Source: Rhodothermales bacterium (GTDB lineage Bacteria > Bacteroidota > Rhodothermia > Rhodothermales > JANQRZ01). Taken from it: a stretch of DNA of 64,000 nucleotides. The notes below the pieces were generated by a model. That model did no database searches. It was not told the DNA's origin and was given only the letters and a program-made list of their open reading frames with translations. This document shows positions 27,999-36,885 of this stretch, piece by piece. Location: NCBI GenBank assembly GCA_965215145.1, contig OZ244038.1:90257-154256 (forward strand), in the 5' to 3' direction. A program made the translations under genes and the position numbers. Numbering within the stretch: the first letter of the stretch is position 1; the number at the start of each line of letters is the position of its first letter.

Positions 27999-30710
27999 AT
28001 GCGCCCCGCTCCGCTGACCCCTCGCTCCGCCGGGCGCGCGTTCGTCTTCCTAGCGGCCTGCCTCGCTCCGCCCCAGGCGGCAGCCCAAACGCAGGCCCGC
28101 TGCGACGCCCTCTACGAAGCCGCCCGCGCCGTCGTCGAGGGCGACCGGGCCGACCAGGACGCCGCCACGTGGAGCACGGCCCTCGACCAGGCGCGGCAGG
28201 CGCAGGCCTGCTACGGCGACCGGCGCGACGCGCAGACGGCCGAGTTGAACGGCCTCGCCCTGGCCCTGCTCTACCGTTTAGGCCGGCACGAGGAGCTCCT
28301 CCAGGAGTATGAGCGCTTTGAGCAGGAGGAGCGCTCTCACGCGCCGGACTCCCTCGTTGCGGAGGCACTCGCGTGGCGGGCCGACGCGCTCGGCGCGCTC
28401 GGCCGACAGGTGGAGGCCCTGGCGAGCAACGTCGACCTCGTGCCCTACCTCCAGGGGCTGCCGCTCCGCGTCCAGGCCCGGCGCCTGATGCAACTCGGAG
28501 ATCGGTTCCGCGCCGTCAACGACGCCCGCTCGGCCATGCGCTACTACGCGGTCGCGGAGTCCCTCGCCGTCGCTCACCGTGCGGACGACCCGCGCCTGGA
28601 GGCGGTAGTAGGGACGGAGTTGCTCCAGCGCGGGCGCGACCTCCTCTTCGCGGCGGGCGAGGACGGGGGCCCGGAGCTCGCTGAGGCCGTCACCCTACTC
28701 AGCCAAGCGCGGGCCCTCTTCGCCAGCCAACCGGGCAGCCGGTTGGACCATACGCAGGCGCTCCTCCGGCTCTCGGCGGCCCGCCGGCTCCAGGGGGACT
28801 ACGAGGGCGCGCTCCGCCTGGCGACGGAGGCCGGGCGCGTCGGAGCGCCGCTCTTCGACCGCGTCGCGGGCCTCGAGAGCTGGATCCGTTCGGAGCAGGC
28901 GATGGCACTGAGCGGCCTCGACCGCCACGAGGAAGCCCGCCGGCTCCTCGAAGACGCGCTGGCCGACGACCGGGCGCGGAGGGACTATGGGGCCGCCGCG
29001 ATCTCGCTCTGGTACCTCGCGCACGTCGAGACCGTCGCGGCCGAGGCGGGCGCCACACCGGACTACGCCAGCGCCGAGGCCCTCCTGCGCGAAGCCATCG
29101 ACCTCCACGAGATCGGCCGCGCCGACCTCGGGATCTCGGAGTGGAGCGCCGCCAGCTTCGAGACCGACCAGGGGCCATACCGGGACCTCGTCCGCCTCAT
29201 GCTCCGTCAAGGCCGGCTCGCGGAGGCCCTCGCCACGCTCGACCTCACGCGGGCCCGCCACCTCCGCGACCTCCGCCTGAGCAACCGCCTGCGGAACGCG
29301 CTGGCACCGGCGGAGCGGCACGCGCTCGACAGCCTGAACGCGGTGCTCGCCGACGCCCGCTACAGCCTCCTCGCGCCGGACCTCTCGACGGAGGACCGCA
29401 GCCGAGCGCAGGGCCGGATCCTCCAGACCGAACGGGCGAGGTCGGCTCTTGTCCAGGCCGACCTCGCCCCGCCGCCGCCGCTCGACATCGGCGCCCTGCA
29501 GGAGCGGCTTCGGGACCGCGAGCAGGTCCTCGTGACGTACTTCTTCGACGGGCCGAACAGCCGCGCCCTCCTCCTGACCCCGGACACCCTCGCCGCCTTC
29601 CCGCTCCCCGCCAGCGCCGACAGCGTGAGCGCGCTGGCTGCACAGATCGCCCCGGACTCCGGCCGGAACACGGAGGACACGGTGCGCCCCGCCTCCCAGG
29701 TGGCGCCGCTCCGCGCTCTCTACGACGTGCTCATCCGGCCCGTCCAGTCCGCCCTCCCCACCGGCGCCTCCCTCGTCATCATCCCCGAGGGCCCAGCGAC
29801 GGGGGTCCCCTTCGCCGCGCTGGTGAGCGGCCCCGGCGCGCGCTACGCCTACGCGGAGCTGCCCTACCTCGTCCACGACCACGCCGTCTCCTTGGAACTC
29901 GCCGCGGCGCTGCTGCTGGACTCCGCCCTGGCGGGACCCACCGAGGCGATCCACACCAGCGAGCCGCTGCTCGCGTTCGGCCGAAGCCGGTTCGGCGGGG
30001 TGGAGTCGGGGGGGCGGCAGGACACGCTGAGCGACCTCCCCCACGTCTCCGACGAGATCCACCGGCTCCAAAGGCGGTTCCCGTCCGGCCGCTTCGCCCT
30101 CAACGACGCGGCGACCGAGGGGGCGTTCAAGCAGGCGGCCCCCTCGGCCCGCGTCGTCCACCTCGCCTCGCACGCCTTCTCCGACCCGACCTACCCCTTC
30201 CACAGCCGGATCGTGCTGAGCGCGGCGGACTCCTCCGAGGACGGCACGCTCTACCTCTACGAGCTCCAGGAGCGCCCGCTTGCCGCCGCACTCGCCGTGC
30301 TGAGCGGGTGCAGCACGGCGCGCGGCGAGTCCCGCTTGGGAGAGGGGATGATCGGGCTCCAACACGCGTTCCGCGCGGCCGGCGCGGCCAGCACCCTCGC
30401 CTCGCTCTGGCAGGTGGACGACCGCGCGATGGCCGACCTCGTGGACCGCTTCTACGGGCACCTCGCCCGCGGGCTGCCGAAGGACCGCGCCCTCCAGCGG
30501 GCCCAGCTGGATTACCTCGACCATCACGACGGCCTCGACGCGAGCCCGTTCTTCTGGGCCGCGCCCGTCCTCTACGGCGACACCGCCCCGCTCGACCTCC
30601 CCGACCGACCGCTCCTCCCGACCGCCGCCTGGCTCGTGCTCGGCCTCGGGCTGATCCTGGCCGCCTTCCTCACCGCCCGCCGCGCCCGCCTCTCTCCATC
30701 CGCCTCGTGA
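27999..30710 (+). CDS. TPR + CHAT domain protein with signal peptide and C-terminal membrane anchor
   Basis: 903 aa. N-terminal AFVFLAACLAPPQAAAQ, then a long helical-repeat region. CHAT core with VVHLASHAFSD (His) and AVLSGCSTARGE (Cys). C-terminal helix AAWLVLGLGLILAAFLTA. Confidence 0.85.
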   Translation: MRPAPLTPRSAGRAFVFLAACLAPPQAAAQTQARCDALYEAARAVVEGDRADQDAATWSTALDQARQAQACYGDRRDAQTAELNGLALALLYRLGRHEELLQEYERFEQEERSHAPDSLVAEALAWRADALGALGRQVEALASNVDLVPYLQGLPLRVQARRLMQLGDRFRAVNDARSAMRYYAVAESLAVAHRADDPRLEAVVGTELLQRGRDLLFAAGEDGGPELAEAVTLLSQARALFASQPGSRLDHTQALLRLSAARRLQGDYEGALRLATEAGRVGAPLFDRVAGLESWIRSEQAMALSGLDRHEEARRLLEDALADDRARRDYGAAAISLWYLAHVETVAAEAGATPDYASAEALLREAIDLHEIGRADLGISEWSAASFETDQGPYRDLVRLMLRQGRLAEALATLDLTRARHLRDLRLSNRLRNALAPAERHALDSLNAVLADARYSLLAPDLSTEDRSRAQGRILQTERARSALVQADLAPPPPLDIGALQERLRDREQVLVTYFFDGPNSRALLLTPDTLAAFPLPASADSVSALAAQIAPDSGRNTEDTVRPASQVAPLRALYDVLIRPVQSALPTGASLVIIPEGPATGVPFAALVSGPGARYAYAELPYLVHDHAVSLELAAALLLDSALAGPTEAIHTSEPLLAFGRSRFGGVESGGRQDTLSDLPHVSDEIHRLQRRFPSGRFALNDAATEGAFKQAAPSARVVHLASHAFSDPTYPFHSRIVLSAADSSEDGTLYLYELQERPLAAALAVLSGCSTARGESRLGEGMIGLQHAFRAAGAASTLASLWQVDDRAMADLVDRFYGHLARGLPKDRALQRAQLDYLDHHDGLDASPFFWAAPVLYGDTAPLDLPDRPLLPTAAWLVLGLGLILAAFLTARRARLSPSAS

Positions 30711-31639
30711 CCGACCGCCCTGCCCTCTTCGACCAGCTCCAGGCCCTCACCACCGAGCAGCGCAACCCCCGCTCGATGCGGATCGACGCCGCCTCGACCG
30801 AGGAGATCCTCCGGATCATCAACGACGAGGACGCCCGCGTCGCCCCCGCCGTGCGGGACCAGCTCCCCTACATGGCCGAGGCCGTGGAAACCGTGGTGGA
30901 CGCCTTCAAGCGGGGCGGGCGGCTGTTCTACGCCGGGGCCGGGACGAGCGGGCGCCTCGGCATCCTCGACGCCGCCGAGTGCCCGCCGACGTTCGGGACG
31001 CCGCCGGAGCTGGTGCAGGGGCTGATCGCCGGCGGCAAGCCCGCGGTCTTCCAGGCGCAGGAGGGCGCCGAGGACCACGAGGAGAATGGGGTCGCCGCGC
31101 TGGAGGAAGCGGGGGTGACTCCGGAGGATGTCGTCTGTGGCATTGCAGCGAGCCGACGGACGCCGTTCGTGGTCGGCGCCGTCAAGCACGCCAAGACCCT
31201 CGGTTGCCCGACGCTGTTCGTGACGTGCAACCCCCGCGAGCAGTTCGACCTCCACGAATGGGTGGACACGGCGATCTGCGTGGCCGTCGGGCCGGAGGTC
31301 ATCATGGGGTCCACGCGGATGAAGAGCGGGACGGCGCAGAAGCTCGTCCTCAACATGCTCACGACCGCGGCGATGGTGCGGATGGGGAAGGTCTACGAGA
31401 ACATGATGATCGACCTCCAGATGACCAACCAGAAACTCGTCGAGCGCTCGAAGCGGATCGTGATGACGGTCACGGGGCTGGACTACGAGGAGGCGGCGCG
31501 GGTGCTGGAGGCGGCCGGCGGCCACGTCAAGACCGCCCTCGTGATGACCCTCGCCGAGGTCGACGCCGACGCGGCGCGGGTCCGGCTGGAGCGCGCCGGC
31601 GGGTTCGTCCGGCAGGCCATCGCGGGAGAAGGCACATAG
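30707..31639 (+). CDS. murQ: N-acetylmuramic acid 6-phosphate etherase
   Basis: 310 aa from GTG 30707 (GTGA overlap with the CHAT gene stop; the track buries it in ORF 29141-31639). LTTEQRNPRS, FYAGAGTSGRLG (SIS), GSTRMKSGTAQK. Confidence 0.9.
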   Translation: MTDRPALFDQLQALTTEQRNPRSMRIDAASTEEILRIINDEDARVAPAVRDQLPYMAEAVETVVDAFKRGGRLFYAGAGTSGRLGILDAAECPPTFGTPPELVQGLIAGGKPAVFQAQEGAEDHEENGVAALEEAGVTPEDVVCGIAASRRTPFVVGAVKHAKTLGCPTLFVTCNPREQFDLHEWVDTAICVAVGPEVIMGSTRMKSGTAQKLVLNMLTTAAMVRMGKVYENMMIDLQMTNQKLVERSKRIVMTVTGLDYEEAARVLEAAGGHVKTALVMTLAEVDADAARVRLERAGGFVRQAIAGEGT

Positions 31640-31640
31640 C

Positions 31641-31758
31641 GGACCCCCCGTTTTTCTTGCGTCGCCTTCGGCTCCGGCTGCGAAAAACCGTCCCCCTTAA
31701 CAAGGGGGACAGCTCGTCCGGCCTTGAGCGCAGCGATGGCCGGACGAGCGGGGGGTCC
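31641..31758. repeat. modular hairpin element, copy D
   Basis: Starts 2 nt after the murQ TAG. Terminal inverted repeats GGACCCCCCG (31641-31650) and CGGGGGGTCC (31749-31758). Internal hairpins GTTTTTC..GAAAAAC, GTCCCCCTTAACAAGGGGGAC and CTCGTCCGGCC..GGCCGGACGAG. Confidence 0.75.
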
Positions 31759-31760
31759 CC

Positions 31761-31776
31761 GGTTTCACGTGAAGCC
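31761..31776. promoter_or_regulatory. weak parS-like sequence
   Basis: GGTTTCACGTGAAGCC matches TGTTTCACGTGAAACA at 13 of 16 positions. It directly abuts element D. Confidence 0.2.
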
Positions 31777-31838
31777 CCCGGACCCGGCGGCGGGCCGAGC
31801 CGTTTGCGCTCTCCCCTCTCCCCGTCTCGATCTCCTCC

Positions 31839-34800
31839 GTGGTCCTCGACACCATCCGCGCTCGCTTCGCCGAGGCGCCATTCGCCCATCAGTTCCGTGC
31901 CGAAGCCCAGCGCCTCCGCCCCGGCGGGGCGCTCCGCCTGAAGAACACCGTCGGCTCGACGCCCGCCTTTGCGATCACCGAAGCCCATGAGGCGCGGGGC
32001 GGGATGCTGCTCTGCCTGCTCGCCGAGGCCGAGTCGGCGGAGTACCTCCGCAGCGACCTCGAACAGCTCCTCGACGGGGGCGAGGTCCTGATCTTCCCCC
32101 CGACGGGCCAGGCGCCGTACGACCGCGAGCGGGTCGCCGAGAGCGCCGCGCTGATCCAGCGGGCCGACGTGCTCGGGCGCCTGCAAGAGGGGTTCGGGGG
32201 GATCGTGGTGGCGAGCGTGGACGCGCTCGCGGAGCTGACGCCGCCGCCGGAGACGGTCGAGACGGAGACGCTCACGGTGCGCACCGGCGACGAGGTCGGG
32301 CCGGAGGCGCTGATGGCGCGGTTCGTCGAGCAGGGGTTCGAGGCGGTCGAGTTCGTCGAGAACCCCGGTGAGGTGGCGCTCCGCGGCGGCATCCTCGACG
32401 TGTACCCCTTCGCCGGGGACTACCCCGTGCGGATCGAGTTCTTCGGCGACGAGGTGGACTCGCTGCGGGAGTTCGACCCGCAGTCGCAGCGGTCCGTGAG
32501 CCGGCTCACGCAGGCCCGCATCGTCCCCAACCTCGAAGGGGAGGCCTACGCCGAGGGCGAGCACGTCGCGCTGCTCGACTACCTCCCGGAGGAAACGCCC
32601 GTCGCGCTATTCGACGCGCTGCGGCTGGAGGAGCACGCGCAGGCGCTGTTCGAGAAGGCTAGTGCTGCCCATGCCGCGCTCGACGACGCCGACGAGCTTC
32701 CCGCGCCTGAGCGGCTGTTCCTCACCGGCACCGGCCTGACCGACCGGCTAGGCCGCTTCCCCCGGCTCCTGTTCGGGACGTTCTCGTCGGACGAGGGCGA
32801 GATCATTGAGCTGGTGGCGAAGCCGCAGCCACCGTTCAACTCCGACATCCGCGGCCTCCGCCAGCACCTCGCCGAGATCAAGCGGCGCGGCTTCGACGCC
32901 TTCATCCTCTGCGACAGCCCGAGCCAGCGGAGCCGCCTGAATGAGTTGCTGGCCCCTGACGAGACCCAGGAACCCGACGCCCGCCTCGCTGTCGAGAGCC
33001 TGCACGAGGGGTTCATCCTCCCCGAGGAGAAGCTGGCCGTCTACACCGACCACCAGGTCTTCAACCGCTACCACCGCCCGACGGCCCGGAAGCGACGCGC
33101 CAAGGGCGGCCTCTCGCTGCGCGACCTCCAGGGCCTCACCCCCGGCGACTTCGTCGTTCACGTGGACCACGGGATCGGGAAGTACGCCGGGCTCCACAAG
33201 ATCCGCGTCCGCGACGTGGTACAGGAGGCGGTCAAGCTCCGGTTCCTCGGCGGCGACGAGCTGTTCGTCAACGTCGGCGCGCTGCACCGGCTCCACAAGT
33301 ACACCGGCAAGGAGGGCCACCAGCCGCGGCTGACGAAGCTCGGCTCGGGGCAGTGGGAGCGCGCGAAGGGGAAGGCCAAGAAGCGCGTCAAGGACCTCGC
33401 CCGCGACCTGATCGCGCTCTACGCCCGCCGGAAGGAGTCGCGGGGGTTCGCCTTCCAGCCGGACTCGACGTGGCAGCACGAGATGGAGGCGAGCTTCCGC
33501 TACGAGGACACCCCGGACCAGGCCACCGCCGCCGCCGCCGTCAAGGACGACATGGAGCAGCCGACGCCGATGGACCGGCTCGTCTGCGGCGACGTCGGGT
33601 TCGGGAAGACGGAGGTCGCCGTGCGCGCGGCGTTCAAGGCCGTCCAGGACGGGAAGCAGGTCGCCGTCCTCGTCCCGACGACGATCCTCGCGCTCCAGCA
33701 CTACGAGACGTTCAGCCAGCGCCTCGCCCGCTACCCCGTCCGCATCGCGCAACTCTCCCGGTTCGTCCCACCCGACGAGCAGAAGCAAGCGCTCGCCGCG
33801 CTCGCCGCCGGCGAGGTCGACATCGTGATCGGGACGCAGCGGCTCGCGGGGAAGAAGGTCAACTTCAAGGACCTCGGGCTACTCATCATCGACGAGGAGC
33901 AGCGGTTCGGGGTGGCCGTCAAGGAGCGGCTGCGGAAGATGCGCGCCGAGGTCGACACCCTCACGCTGACCGCCACGCCGATCCCGCGGACGCTCCAGTT
34001 CTCGCTCCTCGGCGTCCGCGACCTCTCGACCATCGAAACCCCGCCGCCGAACCGGCAGCCGGTCCAGACCGAGATCCACACGTTCGACCGGGAGCTCATC
34101 CGCGACGCCGTCCTCTACGAGGTCAACCGCGGCGGGCAGGTCTTCTTCGTCCACAACCGCGTCCAGACCATCGACGAGATGGCGGCCACGCTGCGGGCGC
34201 TCGTCCCCGACGTCCGGTTCCGCGTCGGCCACGGGCAGATGAAGGCGGCCGACCTCGAGGCCGTGATGCACGGGTTCATCGAGGGGGAGTTCGACGTGCT
34301 CGTGTCCACGAACATCGTCGAGAGCGGGATCGACGTGGCGAACGCGAACACCATCATCATCAACCACGCCGAGCGGTTCGGCCTCGCCGACCTCCACCAG
34401 CTCCGGGGCCGCGTCGGGCGCAGCGACCGGAAGGCGTTCTGCTACCTCCTCGTCCCGAGCGTCCACGCGCTGACGCGCGAGGCGCGGATGCGGCTCCAGG
34501 CCGTCGAGGAGTTCAGCGACCTCGGCAGCGGGTTCCAGATCGCCATGCGCGACCTCGACATCCGCGGGGCCGGCGCGCTGCTGGGGGCGGAGCAGAGCGG
34601 GTTCATCCAGGACCTCGGCTACGAGACGTACCACAAGATCCTGGAGGAGGCCGTCCAGGAGCTGCGGCAGGAGGAGTTCTCGGACCTCTTCGGCGACCAG
34701 CCCCCGCCGAGGACGGAGAGCACGGTCGACGTCGAGACCGACGCCTTCATCCCGGCGACGTACGTCTCGAACAACACCGAGCGGATGAACCTCTACCGCC

Positions 34801-35186
34801 GCCTCGCCGACCTCGACGAGCCGGAGGCGCTGGCGCTGTTCCGGCAGGAGCTCGGCGACCGGTTCGGGCCGATCCCCCCGGAGGTGGACGCGCTGCTGAC
34901 GGCGGCCGAGATGAAGCCGCTCGCCGAGGCGCTGCGGCTGCCGCGGGTGACGTTCAAGAACAGCCGGCTCTTCCTCCAATTCCCCCAGCCCGACGAGGAT
35001 CCGGCGTTCTTCGACGCGGTGATGAACCCGCTCCTCGGCCGGCTCGAAGGGCTCGGCCGGCGGTACGTGCTGAAGGAGTCGAACCGGACGAAGCGGCTCC
35101 GGGCCATCGTGCAGGACGTGCCGGACCTCGCGGCGGCGCGCGCCGTGCTCCAGGCGCTCCAGCCCGCCGAGGCGCTGGCCGCATAA
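31839..35186 (+). CDS. mfd: transcription-repair coupling factor
   Basis: 1115 aa. GDVGFGKTEVA, IIDEEQRFGV, TATPIPRT, QLRGRVGRS, C-terminal TRG/D7 region. Confidence 0.95.
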   Translation: MVLDTIRARFAEAPFAHQFRAEAQRLRPGGALRLKNTVGSTPAFAITEAHEARGGMLLCLLAEAESAEYLRSDLEQLLDGGEVLIFPPTGQAPYDRERVAESAALIQRADVLGRLQEGFGGIVVASVDALAELTPPPETVETETLTVRTGDEVGPEALMARFVEQGFEAVEFVENPGEVALRGGILDVYPFAGDYPVRIEFFGDEVDSLREFDPQSQRSVSRLTQARIVPNLEGEAYAEGEHVALLDYLPEETPVALFDALRLEEHAQALFEKASAAHAALDDADELPAPERLFLTGTGLTDRLGRFPRLLFGTFSSDEGEIIELVAKPQPPFNSDIRGLRQHLAEIKRRGFDAFILCDSPSQRSRLNELLAPDETQEPDARLAVESLHEGFILPEEKLAVYTDHQVFNRYHRPTARKRRAKGGLSLRDLQGLTPGDFVVHVDHGIGKYAGLHKIRVRDVVQEAVKLRFLGGDELFVNVGALHRLHKYTGKEGHQPRLTKLGSGQWERAKGKAKKRVKDLARDLIALYARRKESRGFAFQPDSTWQHEMEASFRYEDTPDQATAAAAVKDDMEQPTPMDRLVCGDVGFGKTEVAVRAAFKAVQDGKQVAVLVPTTILALQHYETFSQRLARYPVRIAQLSRFVPPDEQKQALAALAAGEVDIVIGTQRLAGKKVNFKDLGLLIIDEEQRFGVAVKERLRKMRAEVDTLTLTATPIPRTLQFSLLGVRDLSTIETPPPNRQPVQTEIHTFDRELIRDAVLYEVNRGGQVFFVHNRVQTIDEMAATLRALVPDVRFRVGHGQMKAADLEAVMHGFIEGEFDVLVSTNIVESGIDVANANTIIINHAERFGLADLHQLRGRVGRSDRKAFCYLLVPSVHALTREARMRLQAVEEFSDLGSGFQIAMRDLDIRGAGALLGAEQSGFIQDLGYETYHKILEEAVQELRQEEFSDLFGDQPPPRTESTVDVETDAFIPATYVSNNTERMNLYRRLADLDEPEALALFRQELGDRFGPIPPEVDALLTAAEMKPLAEALRLPRVTFKNSRLFLQFPQPDEDPAFFDAVMNPLLGRLEGLGRRYVLKESNRTKRLRAIVQDVPDLAAARAVLQALQPAEALAA

Positions 35187-35190
35187 ACAG

Positions 35191-35228
35191 CCGCGCGCCC
35201 CGGTGGCGGAACCGACCGGGGCGCGCGG
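35191..35228. terminator. GC-rich hairpin between convergent mfd and dodecin genes
   Basis: Perfect 14-bp stem CCGCGCGCCCCGGT / ACCGGGGCGCGCGG with a 10-nt loop. On the minus strand it is followed by CTGTTTAT, so it is more convincing as the dodecin terminator than as the mfd terminator. Confidence 0.55.
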
Positions 35229-35247
35229 GGTGATGGGGGAGGAGCAG

Positions 35248-35451
35248 CTAGTCGTTGACGACGAAGGTGACCTTGCAGTGCGTGCGGAAGGTCTGCTTGC
35301 CGTCGTCGCCCACCTCGATCTCGAACGACTCAACCCAGACGTGCCGGACGTTTTTGACCGTCTTGCCGACTTCGCGGATCGCCGCCTGCGCGGCGTCGTC
35401 GAAGCTCTTGGTGGACTGCGAGGAGACCTCGATGGTCTTGGCGATGGACAT
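35248..35451 (-). CDS. dodecin-family flavin-binding protein
   Basis: 67 aa. MSIAKTIEVSSQSTKSFDDAAQAAIREVGKTVKNVRHVWVESFEIEV...KVTF matches the dodecin pattern (YKVIELIGTS..SWEDAA..A...A.KT....R...V). Confidence 0.85.
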   Translation of the reverse strand: MSIAKTIEVSSQSTKSFDDAAQAAIREVGKTVKNVRHVWVESFEIEVGDDGKQTFRTHCKVTFVVND

Positions 35452-35462
35452 GGTGCGAGGGG

Positions 35463-36161
35463 GTGATGGGTAAATGGGGAAGGGACGAGGCCACAGCTGC
35501 GACCTCGGGCGGTATTACGGCGCGAGTCCGCGGGGAGGTCCGACAGGGGTTCTACCACATCGCCTTCGCGTGGCTCCTCTCCCACGGCGAAGGGGCCGAC
35601 CGCCGCGCCTATGGCGAGCGGAAGCGGGCGTTCCTCAGCGACCTCCGCGGCACCGTCGTGGATGTGGGCGCCGGGGCCGGGGTCAATCTCTCGTACCTCG
35701 ATCCGGCGGTGCGCTACGTCGCCGTCGAGCCGAACGTGCATTTCCACCGGCGCATCCGGCGGAAGGCGAAGCGGGCCGGCATCAAAGCCGAGGTGATGGC
35801 GGGCGTGGCCGAGCGGCTCCCCCTCCCTGACGCCTCCGCCGACGCGGTCCTCTCGACGCTCGTGCTGTGCTCGGTGGACGACGTGGCCCGCTCGCTCGCG
35901 GAGGTCCAGCGGGTGCTAAAGCCGGGCGGGCGGTTCGTGTTCGTCGAGCACGTCGCGGCCCCGCGCGGGACGGCGCTCCGGGCGGCTCAGCGCCTACTCC
36001 GCGCCCCGTGGGGGCTCATCGCCGACGGCTGCAGGCCTGACCGAGAGACCGCCCGCATGATCGATAGCGCCGGCTTCACCGACCTTGCTACCGAAAAGTT
36101 TACCGTGCCTGTTTTTCCGATCAGCCCCCACGTCATAGGATCCGCCCGGAAGGTGGGGTGA
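35463..36161 (+). CDS. class I SAM-dependent methyltransferase (type 11)
   Basis: 232 aa (GTG 35463 or ATG 35466). VVDVGAGAGVNL (motif I), VEPN, DAVLSTLVLCSV, LKPGGRFVFVEH. Confidence 0.75.
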   Translation: MMGKWGRDEATAATSGGITARVRGEVRQGFYHIAFAWLLSHGEGADRRAYGERKRAFLSDLRGTVVDVGAGAGVNLSYLDPAVRYVAVEPNVHFHRRIRRKAKRAGIKAEVMAGVAERLPLPDASADAVLSTLVLCSVDDVARSLAEVQRVLKPGGRFVFVEHVAAPRGTALRAAQRLLRAPWGLIADGCRPDRETARMIDSAGFTDLATEKFTVPVFPISPHVIGSARKVG

Positions 36162-36430
36162 TCCCGACGCTCGCCACGCACGCTGCCTGGCAAGGCGCTA
36201 GAAGATCAGCACGTGGATGACGAGGATCAGCGGGACGGCGAACGTCGGCAGCAGCCCGAGCGACAGGTGCGTCAGCGGTTCGAGGAGGGTGAAGTCGGCG
36301 CGGGCGAGCCGGGTCACGCCGCCGAGGGCCACGAGGATGTCGAGGAGTCACCCGTTCTGAATCCGGCGTGGTTTCGAGGACGGGAAGTGGGGGCCGAGCC
36401 TATCCTTCCTCGCCACCCGTGCCGCTCTCC

Positions 36431-36820
36431 ATGCCCCGCAAGCCACGCCCATCGGACCAGCCTGCCTTCAAAACGTTCGAGGTCGAGGGCTACGAGGTGC
36501 TCGTCGGCGAGAGCGCGCGCGACAACGACCGCCTCACGTTCGGCATCGCCGAGCCGCTGGACCTGTGGCTCCACGTGGCCGGGACCCCCGGCAGCCACGT
36601 CGTCGTGCGGAACCCGGACGGGGGCGACATACCGCGTTCCATTGTAAAGCGGGCTGCCGAGCTCGCAGCGTTTCACTCGAAGGCGCGGGCGGCACGGGGC
36701 AAGGTCGAGGTCCACGTCTGCCGGGCGTGCGACGTACGAAAACCGCGGGGGGCCAAGTCCGGCTCGGTCACGCTCCGGAACTGGGAGGGCGTCCGGGTCT
36801 ACCCCCCCGACGCCGTCTGA
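36431..36820 (+). CDS. NFACT-R/DUF814 domain protein
   Basis: 129 aa from ATG 36431. VLVGESARDNDRLTF...DLWLHVAGTPGSHVVV...AAELAAFHSKA...VEVHVCRACDVRK. Confidence 0.7.
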   Translation: MPRKPRPSDQPAFKTFEVEGYEVLVGESARDNDRLTFGIAEPLDLWLHVAGTPGSHVVVRNPDGGDIPRSIVKRAAELAAFHSKARAARGKVEVHVCRACDVRKPRGAKSGSVTLRNWEGVRVYPPDAV

Positions 36821-36885
36821 GTAGGCCGGCTGAACCCGCCGGGCCTCCGATTCGTAGGGGGGCAACCAGCCCCCCTTCGCAGCCG

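Noticed and set aside
28695-30527. 610-aa minus-strand ORF, and the 5' part of plus-strand ORF 29141-31639
   Set aside because: The first is antisense and the second an alternate frame of the CHAT gene, both with junk composition. Only the last 310 codons of 29141-31639 (from GTG 30707) are real (murQ).
33879-35747. 622-aa minus-strand ORF, plus alternate-frame ORF 33353-35233
   Set aside because: They overlap mfd, whose helicase motifs are unambiguous. Their translations are repetitive and Arg/Pro/Glu-rich.
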